The notes beneath the pieces are model-generated. The model saw nothing but the letters and a program-made list of their open reading frames with translations, was not told where the DNA came from and ran no database searches. From positions 128,001 through 192,000 of the forward strand of contig CAYOYV010000001.1 in the NCBI GenBank assembly GCA_964408285.1: 64,000 nucleotides of DNA, in the 5' to 3' direction. Positions 1 to 8,395 of this stretch are shown here, piece after piece. Position numbers and translations under genes: made by a program. The stretch is from an uncultured Nitrososphaerota archaeon. Its GTDB lineage: Archaea; Thermoproteota; EX4484-205; JAAOZO01. Within the stretch, counting starts at the first letter, position 1, and every line of letters begins with the position of its first letter.

Positions 1-1
1 G

Positions 2-842
2 ATGGAGCTTCTCAGAGCTCATTTGGAGTCGCTGAGACCTCCGCATTCTCTGCTGATGGGAGCGGTGGCAGTTGCTGGCATGATCCTTTCCCAGAATACG
101 ACAGCATCCCCCGTTCAATTGATGCTAACATTCGCCTCCGCCTTCCTCTTCCCCGCTTCATCGTTCAGTGTGAACGATCTCTTTGACATAGAGTTAGACA
201 AGGTGAACAAGCCAGGTAGGCCGCTACCTTGAGGGATAATCGATGCCAATTCGGCGCTCAGATTCGGTGCATTCCTGGCGATTCTTGTAGTTGTATGCTC
301 TATCCTTCTCGATCTAGGGGCTGCGATTGTAGCGACAGCTACGCTGGCTGTCTCGATAACCTATAGCATGCGTTACAAGATGGAGGGCCTGTTTGGGAAT
401 GTCATCATTGCCTGCTTGATATCCATAGGGCTTTTGTATGGCCCACTTGCCGTAAGGTCCCTGAATTCCACCGTAATCGTTCTATCTGCCCTTGCCTTTT
501 TCTCGAATCTTGGCAGGGAGATAACCCAGTCGATAGCTGATGCGGAAGGGGACAGAATCAGAGGTGTGAAAAGCGTTCCCTTGGTGCACTGCCCGAGAAT
601 CGCTGCTTCACTTTCATCGGTCCGCTATGTTCTTGTGGCATTCCCTGGCCGCATTTCTTTCAGCGCGCGCTAATCTTGATGCAGTCTGGGCCTTGCCAAT
701 AATAGCCCTGGAGGGTGGTTTCCTCGTATCGGCCCATCAATTGTTGAGGGATCCAAAGGCAAGCACTGCAAGGGAAGTGAAGGATCGCATGAATGCACTG
801 ATGCCGGCGCTCGTTTTCATAGTGGCGATTGCCGCCATCTGA
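2..842 (+). pseudogene. UbiA-family prenyltransferase (DGGGP synthase-like), disrupted
   Basis: NDLFDIELDKVNKPGRPLP and DAEGD Asp-rich motifs. In-frame TGA at 230-232, after which the frame stays open into ORF 368..673. Frameshift near 640-650 into the 627..842 frame. Confidence 0.8.
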
Positions 843-942
843 GAAGTAATTGCGTAAACATTGCTAGATTCCATCAGTCTCTTGGGGCGACAAAGACTTA
901 AAAAACATGGGGTTGGACCTGCCCCTTGGCTGGTGTAAGTGC

Positions 943-1137
943 ATGCCAAAGCAGGTGAGTTCTAAGGAGAAATTCCTCGAGGTTTCAAAAAGGGGCAAGG
1001 AGCTCAGACTGAAGAAGATCGGTGATTCGGTGAAGCTGAAGATCAGGACACCGAAGCATCTCTATGTTATGGTGCTGCCCGAAAAGCAAGGGGAGGATCT
1101 GGCCAAACAGACCGGCCTGACTATTGTCAGGCTTTAG
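943..1137 (+). CDS. rpl38e: 50S ribosomal protein L38e
   Basis: MPKQV...VKLKIRTPKHLY matches the L38e pattern. Start placed at ATG 943. Confidence 0.8.
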   Translation: MPKQVSSKEKFLEVSKRGKELRLKKIGDSVKLKIRTPKHLYVMVLPEKQGEDLAKQTGLTIVRL

Positions 1138-2416
1138 GTCCTGTAGAATATTCGATCCCGACCTTGGGCTTGATCACATGAGGGATGCCAATCTGTTCCA
1201 TTTCCTTGGACAGGAATTCTACATTTTGCCTGGTTCCATGAACTATGAAAGCATATTCTGGACTGATGGTCTTCGCAAACTTCACATAATCTTCCCTCCC
1301 GTTATGGGAAGAGAAGTCGAATTGCTTTATCCTCGCCCTGACTTTGACCAACTTGCCACCTAGCGGCAGAACCTTCTCCTTCAGGAGCATGGCTCCCGGA
1401 GTGCCTTCAACTTGGTAGCTAACGAGAAAGATGGCATCTTTTGGCCTCTTCGCTATCTCCTCAGAATAGAGAACAGAGGGCCCGCCCTTGAGCATTCCTG
1501 CTGGAGTGACTATGACTCCTGGTTGACCGAGTGCAGCTTGCCTATCGTTTCCTGACTGCATGATCGTGACGCTATTGACGGCCTTGGCAAACAGGTCTGG
1601 CTCATTCAGAGCGGGGAGATTGCTCATGAAAATGTCATTCACCGTCCTAGCCATTCCGTCAAGCATAACGGGATAGCGAAACCCATGAGCTTCCAACACA
1701 GCTATGATCTCTTGCGATCTTCCAACTCCGAAGGCTGGGACAAGGACTCTACCTCCTTCTTCGACAATCTGTTCCACCTCCTCTACAAACTGCTTCTCGA
1801 TTGTGTCTCTGCTCGGATGGTCAATTGAAGCGTATGTGCTCTCGGTAATGAGGACATCTATCTGATCGCGAAAATCTACGTCCGCAGGGGGAACTGTCCT
1901 TGTCGCATTCACATTCATGTCTCCGGTATAAAGCGTTCTAATACCATCTGCCTCAATCAAGACCTGTGAGGCCCCAATGACATGACCTGCATTGAACAAC
2001 TCAACGGAGATTCCTCCCGAGCCCACGCCGATCCGCTCTCTGTTCTGCACCGCGGAGGCTAAATCAAGGAGTCTTCTGACCTCTATCGTATCAAATGGGA
2101 GATACGTCTTCGCGATTTTCAGCATATCAAGAAGGAGAATTCTCGACAGAGTTCTCGTCATTGAAGTCATTATCGCCTTTGGATTGCCGCCTATGAAGAA
2201 CAACGGCGCAGAGCCAACATGATCGAGATGGCAATGGCTTATCGCAATGGCTGTGACATTGCTTGGTTGGACGTAGGCAGGAAACCTGACTGTATGATCC
2301 AGAGAGACACCGCTGTCTAGGAGAATGCCCTCGCCTCCAATGGATTCTAGGAATATTGAAGATCTTCCGACTTCTTCAACCCCACCAAGGAACCTTAGTT
2401 TTGGCAATTTCAACAC
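1127..2416 (-). CDS. MBL-fold beta-CASP ribonuclease (aCPSF2-like)
   Basis: GGVEEVGRS, SHCHLDH, AGHVIG, YTGD, ESTY, FSSH and VHG motifs. Confidence 0.9.
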   Translation of the reverse strand: MLKLPKLRFLGGVEEVGRSSIFLESIGGEGILLDSGVSLDHTVRFPAYVQPSNVTAIAISHCHLDHVGSAPLFFIGGNPKAIMTSMTRTLSRILLLDMLKIAKTYLPFDTIEVRRLLDLASAVQNRERIGVGSGGISVELFNAGHVIGASQVLIEADGIRTLYTGDMNVNATRTVPPADVDFRDQIDVLITESTYASIDHPSRDTIEKQFVEEVEQIVEEGGRVLVPAFGVGRSQEIIAVLEAHGFRYPVMLDGMARTVNDIFMSNLPALNEPDLFAKAVNSVTIMQSGNDRQAALGQPGVIVTPAGMLKGGPSVLYSEEIAKRPKDAIFLVSYQVEGTPGAMLLKEKVLPLGGKLVKVRARIKQFDFSSHNGREDYVKFAKTISPEYAFIVHGTRQNVEFLSKEMEQIGIPHVIKPKVGIEYSTGPKA

Positions 2417-3939
2417 TCTATTTTCAGAATCTTGAGCTTTCTAGAGGTCTTTTTTGACACCTCTATAAATGTTTTCAATTTCCTCGATCCCTTGCGTCCC
2501 ACTGCGACAACCTCCTTCACTCTGCTCAGTAAGGGTATGGCCAACCTTACACCAAGCCCATTCAGGTCCAGATTCTCCGATCCTCCCCAAACTACCTTAT
2601 CAAAAGGAGAGCTGTTCCTCAGAAAGAATGGGACTAGACCCAATACATCGTGGAGTACAAAGAGTGACTCCCATTCTCGAAATCCGCTCCCCTGTCCCTC
2701 TGCTATCGCTTTCGTCACAACGGCTTTGTCAAGGCTACGACCGCCCTCGGGGACTATGACAATCACTTTCTTCGCACGCCAACTCCTCTTCTGGATCTTT
2801 TCAGACATGATCGCTATCTCAGGCCTTGAAAGGCTTTTCTGATCATAAGCAAACAGACCTCTTGCCTTGGCTACTCGGCTATCCGGGAAAATCGCTCTTG
2901 ATCTGCTCGATAGTGCCAAGAATGCGCAATAGAGACCCGGATGGGCTCTTGCCCGCTGTTCCAACAACTCCCAGAGTTCTCCCCTTCTGATGTGCTCCTT
3001 GATGTTCTTCATTTCAGTATAGATCGAGTGCAGATTGTGACCCGCCAGAAGTCTGATCCTCTGAGAATCGCCGATCTCCCTCAATTCCTTTGGAGTATAT
3101 TTCGAACAGATTTGACATGAACAAGGCAGGTATTCAAGAGTGGCCAGATCGAGTGTGCCCTCAGCTGTCATGTATCTGCCATCATAGGCGTAGAGGGCGT
3201 AAGAGGCTGAGTCAAACATATCATACCCAATGGCCACCAACATTCCAAGCAGCATGGGGTGGCCAGCTCCAAAGAAATGGAACGGCTTCGATCTGGAAGC
3301 CCTTTCCTTAGCGGCAATTCCCATCTCTATTAGCCTGTGATATTCATAATTCTCCATGAGTTCTACAGGAGATCCAAGAGCGAGGATGTCGAATCCCATC
3401 TTTGAGATCCTCGTGGAGCATGAGCGCACGAGATCTTGGTGCAGGCCGCCTTGCACTGGCCCGACCCACAGTATGTCCTCCCTCGTTCTCGCGGCCAATG
3501 ATCGCTCGCAGTTTCTGATGGTCTTTCTCACGGTCTGAAGGGCCCTGGCTCTGCTTGCTTTCGCTCCAGTCGGATGATCCAAGACAGTGGCGATGTCAAC
3601 GTTCAATGCCTCCTGAACGGCAACGATTTCCTCAGGCCCAGCGGATACTGTGCCATATCTCAGAACTTGATACCCGCCGGAATCCGTTTGAACAATCCCC
3701 TTGTACTCCAATATCCTATGTATGTCTCTGTCTCCGTCATCAAGAAGATGTTTTCCTATCAGATATGCATTCGTCATTATGGCTCGAGATTCGAATTCCT
3801 TCTCCAATTCTCGAGGAGGGATAACTGGCCTGTTGATGCTGATCACTGGGAGAAAAGCGGGGGTCTCAAGCTGCCCGCTCTTAGTAGATATCCTGCCGAT
3901 TCTGGCATTCATATCAGTCTTTCTGATTTCAAAAGACAA
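2410..3939 (-). CDS. tgtA: Archaeosine tRNA-guanine(15) transglycosylase
   Basis: ETPAFLPV, DSGGYQ, HFFGAGHP, FDSASY and the CSCQIC...HNL Zn site. Confidence 0.92.
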   Translation of the reverse strand: MSFEIRKTDMNARIGRISTKSGQLETPAFLPVISINRPVIPPRELEKEFESRAIMTNAYLIGKHLLDDGDRDIHRILEYKGIVQTDSGGYQVLRYGTVSAGPEEIVAVQEALNVDIATVLDHPTGAKASRARALQTVRKTIRNCERSLAARTREDILWVGPVQGGLHQDLVRSCSTRISKMGFDILALGSPVELMENYEYHRLIEMGIAAKERASRSKPFHFFGAGHPMLLGMLVAIGYDMFDSASYALYAYDGRYMTAEGTLDLATLEYLPCSCQICSKYTPKELREIGDSQRIRLLAGHNLHSIYTEMKNIKEHIRRGELWELLEQRARAHPGLYCAFLALSSRSRAIFPDSRVAKARGLFAYDQKSLSRPEIAIMSEKIQKRSWRAKKVIVIVPEGGRSLDKAVVTKAIAEGQGSGFREWESLFVLHDVLGLVPFFLRNSSPFDKVVWGGSENLDLNGLGVRLAIPLLSRVKEVVAVGRKGSRKLKTFIEVSKKTSRKLKILKIEC

Positions 3940-3983
3940 ATCTCGACGCCTTTATTAATCTCGATGCCAAAGGCAAGATAAAG

Positions 3984-4640
3984 TTGTCGAGGAGCACGGA
4001 TGAGGTACTCAGTGTGAATACCGCTCCCCGGGAGCCATGGGCAGCTCTCTCAGGACTTCCAGGGCTGGGAGCGGTCGGGGCAGGTGCTGCGTCTCTATTT
4101 CTGGAGCGATCCAATTCGAAACCGCAGATACTGAAATACCTCTTTGCCCGTTCCTCCTACATGAATTTGATTGTCTCTGAGAATCAGGTTGCGTCCCCGG
4201 GTGGATTTACCCTTTTCTATTCAGAGATCGGGCAAAAGAATGTTCCCGTAATTGTTTTGGTCGGAGCTTTCCAGCCCGTGTCACCGTTGTACCAATTCGA
4301 CTTCGCGAAGCTGTTCCTCTCGGCAGCAAAGGAGATGGGTTCGATGTATACCTTCACGTTGGGGGGATATCATTCATCGGAAGCTGGAGCCGAGAGGAAA
4401 ATCTTTGTTCTACCAAATGACTTCCAGACCTACAAGGCCTCGCTTGCTCTTAATTTCATCCTAGCTTCTGGGCAGATCAGTGGGGCAGCTGGGGTGATAT
4501 CAGGAATGTCCAAATATTATGGCTTCAGAGGAGGATGTCTCCTCGCGGAGACAACGGGTGACATTCCCGACAAGTCCGCCTCCCTTGTGCTCTATGAGAA
4601 GACCCTTCTGCTTCTCGACAGCCTCTATCCAGGCAGCTAG
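3984..4640 (+). CDS. PAC2-family proteasome assembly chaperone-like protein
   Basis: GLPGLGAVG, TLGGY, ISGAAG and CLLAET motifs. Confidence 0.75.
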   Translation: MSRSTDEVLSVNTAPREPWAALSGLPGLGAVGAGAASLFLERSNSKPQILKYLFARSSYMNLIVSENQVASPGGFTLFYSEIGQKNVPVIVLVGAFQPVSPLYQFDFAKLFLSAAKEMGSMYTFTLGGYHSSEAGAERKIFVLPNDFQTYKASLALNFILASGQISGAAGVISGMSKYYGFRGGCLLAETTGDIPDKSASLVLYEKTLLLLDSLYPGS

Positions 4641-5059
4641 GGCGGCGTTTCAGATTCCTTCATGAAGTCATCATAGACCTTTCTAACGCGATCAGCGACT
4701 ATCCCTGTCCCCTCCATCACGCCGGTCTCATCAACTCTAACCTTGTCGAGAACGATTATCACTCCTGCTTCCTCGTTATAGCTGACGACCTTTCCGAATA
4801 TATGCTCCAACCTGTCAGCCAGCTTCCTCAGGTCCATGAAAGACTTCGGAATGAATATTGCCTTGACGGAGTTGCCGCTGAGAACTATCTGGAAGTACCT
4901 TTTCTCTCCTTCCTTCTGAACATCACTCATGATTAGCGATAGAGAAACGGGATCGAAGGCGGTCAAGGTCCCCGAAAAGCGGCTAGAGTCGGTTGTTTCC
5001 ACTATCACTGGCTTACCGACCATTTTCTTCAGCTGTGCCTCTAACGTCGCCCTAAGCAT
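4637..5059 (-). CDS. Lsm/SmAP3-type RNA-binding protein
   Basis: N-terminal Sm fold (GKPVIVET...GTLTAFD...L) plus a C-terminal extension typical of crenarchaeal SmAP3. Confidence 0.8.
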   Translation of the reverse strand: MLRATLEAQLKKMVGKPVIVETTDSSRFSGTLTAFDPVSLSLIMSDVQKEGEKRYFQIVLSGNSVKAIFIPKSFMDLRKLADRLEHIFGKVVSYNEEAGVIIVLDKVRVDETGVMEGTGIVADRVRKVYDDFMKESETPP

Positions 5060-5205
5060 CTTGCCTGGGAAATGCGCGGTCGATTATTATTGATTTCGCC
5101 CCACGAGACTGCTTATCGCTAGAAGTGAGCATTCTCCACATCCGACGGACTCCCCGAGTCAATTTCATGCGCCTGAGTTATCTGGAAGCGCCTCCTCAAA
5201 AGCTC

Positions 5206-6162
5206 ATGGAAAGACACCCTGAATCACCAGATGGAACAGCCTGTCCGGAATGCGGCGGAAAGATAATATGGACCGAGAACGAAGCCGCATGTAGAGGGTG
5301 CGGCTTGGTGATAGAGCCGTCCTTGTTGGATCGATCGGGAGGACAGAATCAGGCCGACTCCTTCGAGACAGACGGGCCATCAGGGCTTCAAGACATCAGA
5401 ATGGGCTCCCACTTGTTCTCCAATCATTCAAGTCCTAGAGGCCTTAGGAGACTCTCGTCTGTGAATCTATGGTCAAGAGGCGCCAGATATTGCCGGCTGA
5501 GCAGATTCTCACGATTAGCGTACATGCTTGGAGATAAGCTCGGAGTCTCCGATCTTACGTGCGAAGCAGCTCTTCTCCTCTTGGAGAGCGCTGCCCGAAA
5601 AGCAGAAGGAAAAAGGGCCAATGTCCTAGCACTGTTAGGCGCTGCATTCATAATAGCATCTCGCAAGCTCGAGGCAGGAAAAGTGGTTTGCGCAAGCGAT
5701 ATTCGGCGAAGTCTGGATTCCTTGGGATTCTCTATGAGGCCGGGGCATATCCTAGACAGTCTGAGCTCGTACAAGGACATCGGCCTATATGTGGCGTCGA
5801 CTCCCCCGATCGACTGTGTGGACGAGATCTTCTCGAGAATCGACTGGACATCACCAACGCATGGGCTCCCCCCCAGGGAAAGATATGAATTCCTAGAGGA
5901 ATTGAAAAGGAACGCAAGGAACCTGCTCTCATTGATCGACCTTCGGGAGATTGGGAGCAACCCTCGTGCTCTTGCCTCCTGCGCAATATACGTATCCTGG
6001 AGGATAGCAGCAAGATCAAGGCAACTTAGCAAGCGCGATATCTCACATGCCTTCATGGCAAGGATCTCTGGACTGGCAGAATATACTATCAGGGAGAATT
6101 ATGAACGCCACTTTCGGCAGCTTCTTGTGGCCGCTGAAATACGACCAAGAATCGATGAGTAG
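5206..6162 (+). CDS. Divergent TFB (TFIIB-family) paralog
   Basis: Zn ribbon CPECGG...CRGCGLVI, two cyclin-like repeats (AAFIIASRK; NPRALASCAIY) and a C-terminal HTH (ARISGLAEYTIRENY). Start uncertain (5125/5167/5206). Confidence 0.75.
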   Translation: MERHPESPDGTACPECGGKIIWTENEAACRGCGLVIEPSLLDRSGGQNQADSFETDGPSGLQDIRMGSHLFSNHSSPRGLRRLSSVNLWSRGARYCRLSRFSRLAYMLGDKLGVSDLTCEAALLLLESAARKAEGKRANVLALLGAAFIIASRKLEAGKVVCASDIRRSLDSLGFSMRPGHILDSLSSYKDIGLYVASTPPIDCVDEIFSRIDWTSPTHGLPPRERYEFLEELKRNARNLLSLIDLREIGSNPRALASCAIYVSWRIAARSRQLSKRDISHAFMARISGLAEYTIRENYERHFRQLLVAAEIRPRIDE

Positions 6163-6565
6163 CTTGGACGATCACGTCCCCTTGCATTGCCATGGTAGAG
6201 ATATGAAGTTTGACATAGTATGCCGTCGCATTCTCAAGCGCATACTCTGACAATTCCCACTTGCACATCAAACCGCGAGGACTATTCAGACCGGAAGCCA
6301 ACCTGTCAAGTCCTGTCTGAAGGGCGCGATCGATGACTTCCTCAGGAATGCCAGAATCGGAAAGGTAGGACTGATTCAATGCGGCCAAGGCTCCTGCTGA
6401 CTCTTGAAGGATTCTGTGTACATCCTCTTTCAGCAGGACGACATGGAGCCTGTTGTGCAGAGTCAGAGAGGCAGATTCCCTCAGTCGCGCCAGATCGACG
6501 ATTATCGGGAATGAAGTCAGAAGAATGACTAAGCTGACTCCCAAGAGAGGAGATGATAGTTTCAT
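6089..6565 (-). CDS. Pilin-like/membrane-anchored protein
   Basis: Single N-terminal hydrophobic helix. ATGA overlap with the upstream gene; last gene of the peptidase operon. Confidence 0.55.
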   Translation of the reverse strand: MKLSSPLLGVSLVILLTSFPIIVDLARLRESASLTLHNRLHVVLLKEDVHRILQESAGALAALNQSYLSDSGIPEEVIDRALQTGLDRLASGLNSPRGLMCKWELSEYALENATAYYVKLHISTMAMQGDVIVQATHRFLVVFQRPQEAAESGVHNSP

Positions 6566-6909
6566 TCGTCGAACGCCATGATGTAGCTTATGCCTTCTTC
6601 CCGGATCAAGATTGAAATCCTGGAATATAGCGTCTCGCCTGTTCTAACGTTGTCCACCAAACCGTAAGTGACAAGAATGAAATTCTGCTTCAGTCCTCTG
6701 TTCAGCCTGGGGAATCTATCAGGAGCTAGTTCCAGACCAAAGATCCTTGTGCGTCGGCTACCAAGAGACTCTGCGATGAGTCTCTCGAGATCTTCGATCG
6801 AACTCCCATTGTACGTTTTCAGCATCGGTTTTGCAAAGGTCGACAGGAGGACAAGACAGCCGATCCACACGCCCAGATTGGCCAGAATGCTGTCCACCTC
6901 GCTATTCAT
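6562..6909 (-). CDS. Pilin-like/membrane-anchored protein
   Basis: N-terminal hydrophobic helix (ILANLGVWIGCLVLL) and tight operon coupling. Confidence 0.55.
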   Translation of the reverse strand: MNSEVDSILANLGVWIGCLVLLSTFAKPMLKTYNGSSIEDLERLIAESLGSRRTRIFGLELAPDRFPRLNRGLKQNFILVTYGLVDNVRTGETLYSRISILIREEGISYIMAFDE

Positions 6910-6913
6910 GGGA

Positions 6914-7060
6914 TCAGATCCCCTCCAGCACCTTTATCAGCAATTCCATCTCTGAAAGATCGTGGATCATTATTTCGCCGAGCAATCTTATTCCCATGAT
7001 GAAAAGGCACAAACCGATGACCGCAATGCCGAATTCCATGAAAGCCCCTAGTTTTGTCAT
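6914..7060 (-). CDS. 48-aa pilin-like protein (not in ORF track)
   Basis: MTKLGAFMEFGIAVIGLCLFIMGIRLLGEIMIHDLSEMELLIKVLEGI. TGATG overlap with 7060..7407; fills the operon gap. Confidence 0.6.
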   Translation of the reverse strand: MTKLGAFMEFGIAVIGLCLFIMGIRLLGEIMIHDLSEMELLIKVLEGI

Positions 7061-7407
7061 CAATGCTTCTCCCATCTAATGGCAATTGCACCCGAGGGAT
7101 TACTAGTGATTTCAGCCTCAGGAGGAAGAACTACCGAAGTCCTGCGCCCATCTATTCCCAAGAGGCATATCTCCCTTGACCTCGTTACTGCTATTCTGAA
7201 CAGGCTCGTATTCGTCATGCTCAGAGAAATGGTGATTTGCTCGCCTTCTTCCAGTTTCGGCGCTCTCGTCGCATCCGTGAGAAGTCTCGCAGCGTCATCG
7301 TAGGTCCTTCCATAGACGCCGACTAGGAAGTTGAGATAGGGGATGAGAATCGACAGGGATATCAACAACCAAGCAGCTGTTTCACCAAGGTATTCTAGAT
7401 GTTCCAA
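7060..7407 (-). CDS. Pilin-like/membrane-anchored protein
   Basis: N-terminal hydrophobic helix followed by a beta-rich-looking tail; overlaps both neighbours. Confidence 0.55.
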   Translation of the reverse strand: MEHLEYLGETAAWLLISLSILIPYLNFLVGVYGRTYDDAARLLTDATRAPKLEEGEQITISLSMTNTSLFRIAVTRSREICLLGIDGRRTSVVLPPEAEITSNPSGAIAIRWEKH

Positions 7408-7604
7408 GTGGGAAACCCCTCGGGAAAAAAGCCCTCATAGAACGCACAGAAATGCAATGCCCTCACCTCACCGAATGTCTTCCCATATGCCTCTAGTATA
7501 GCTCTCAGTAGTGGGATCACGTCGTTGATGAAGACCAACAACGCACCTATTGAGAGGAAGATTGAAAGCGCGAAAATCAATGTCTTTTCAATTAACAAGC
7601 TCAT
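7395..7604 (-). CDS. Small pilin-like protein
   Basis: M-SLLIE followed by a hydrophobic helix (Glu at +5 after Met removal). Lies 2 bp after the peptidase stop. Confidence 0.55.
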   Translation of the reverse strand: MSLLIEKTLIFALSIFLSIGALLVFINDVIPLLRAILEAYGKTFGEVRALHFCAFYEGFFPEGFPTWNI

Positions 7605-7606
7605 TG

Positions 7607-8179
7607 CTAGATCAGTATCTGTCTGAATGCCAGCCCTATAAGCGCCCCTAATTGGAGATAAGGGATCAAAGGCGCTGAGACGATCTTCCGTTCAGGCTTG
7701 CCGCAAAAGAGAGACAAAGACCATAGGAAGGGCAAGAACGACGCCGCCAAGCAGACAACGCTCCTTCTGGAGATGGCTCGATCGAGGCCTTCTTTCCGAA
7801 GCAATATGGAGAAGGAGTTGATCATCATTACTTCAGCGATTGTGAGAGACAATGGTTCGCAAACGGAAACAATCACTGAGATGCCGCTAATCTCTATCGG
7901 CTTTGGGAAAACGAGCACAGTGCCAACTACATACAAGACATCCGCAAGCCCTGTCATCCCAAGAAGAATCATTCCTGACATCAGAAGGATTGGAATCAGG
8001 TTATTTGTAACCAATTCCAGAATATTCACCGGCTCATATGAAGCTAGCAAGAGGAATTGAATTAGGCACATGACAGAATAACCGACAATGAGAAGGATTG
8101 AGACTTCCTTGTGTAGAAGGTCCTCGATTGCGATAAGAAGAGAAATCGCTAGGAGCACGCAGTGCATCAGAGAAAGCAT
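7607..8179 (-). CDS. Prepilin peptidase (A24/TadV-PibD-like)
   Basis: Polytopic membrane protein with IEDLLHKEV (first Asp), GLAD (GxGD-like second Asp) and C-terminal PLIPYL. Confidence 0.75.
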   Translation of the reverse strand: MLSLMHCVLLAISLLIAIEDLLHKEVSILLIVGYSVMCLIQFLLLASYEPVNILELVTNNLIPILLMSGMILLGMTGLADVLYVVGTVLVFPKPIEISGISVIVSVCEPLSLTIAEVMMINSFSILLRKEGLDRAISRRSVVCLAASFLPFLWSLSLFCGKPERKIVSAPLIPYLQLGALIGLAFRQILI

Positions 8180-8233
8180 CAGTCATGTCATTCAATTGGT
8201 GCTCATAAGGGCCAATCATCCTTGTTTTCTGGT

Positions 8234-8389
8234 TTGTCCGAAAAGGATCCACTTCTCGAAGCAATAGTCGATGAACTCAGGAGGCTTAGATCAGAGATGA
8301 GCAAGATCAGATCGAAAATGGATGACATTCAGGAGAGGATTTTGGAACTAGAAAGGAAGTGCACAATCACGGAAATGGCGGACGGATAG
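8234..8389 (+). CDS. Small coiled-coil protein
   Basis: Heptad pattern IVDELRRLRSEMSKIRSKMDDIQERILELERK. TTG start assumed; ends 6 bp before the ATPase. Confidence 0.55.
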   Translation: MSEKDPLLEAIVDELRRLRSEMSKIRSKMDDIQERILELERKCTITEMADG

Positions 8390-8395
8390 AAGACC

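Noticed and set aside
230-232. TGA recoding (Sec/Trp/Gly) in the UbiA-like gene
   Set aside because: TGA terminates many intact genes in this window, and the same gene also has a frameshift.
6906-7091. 61-aa ORF from the track
   Set aside because: Wrong frame. The overlapping 6914..7060 frame gives a hydrophobic pilin-like protein with translational coupling.
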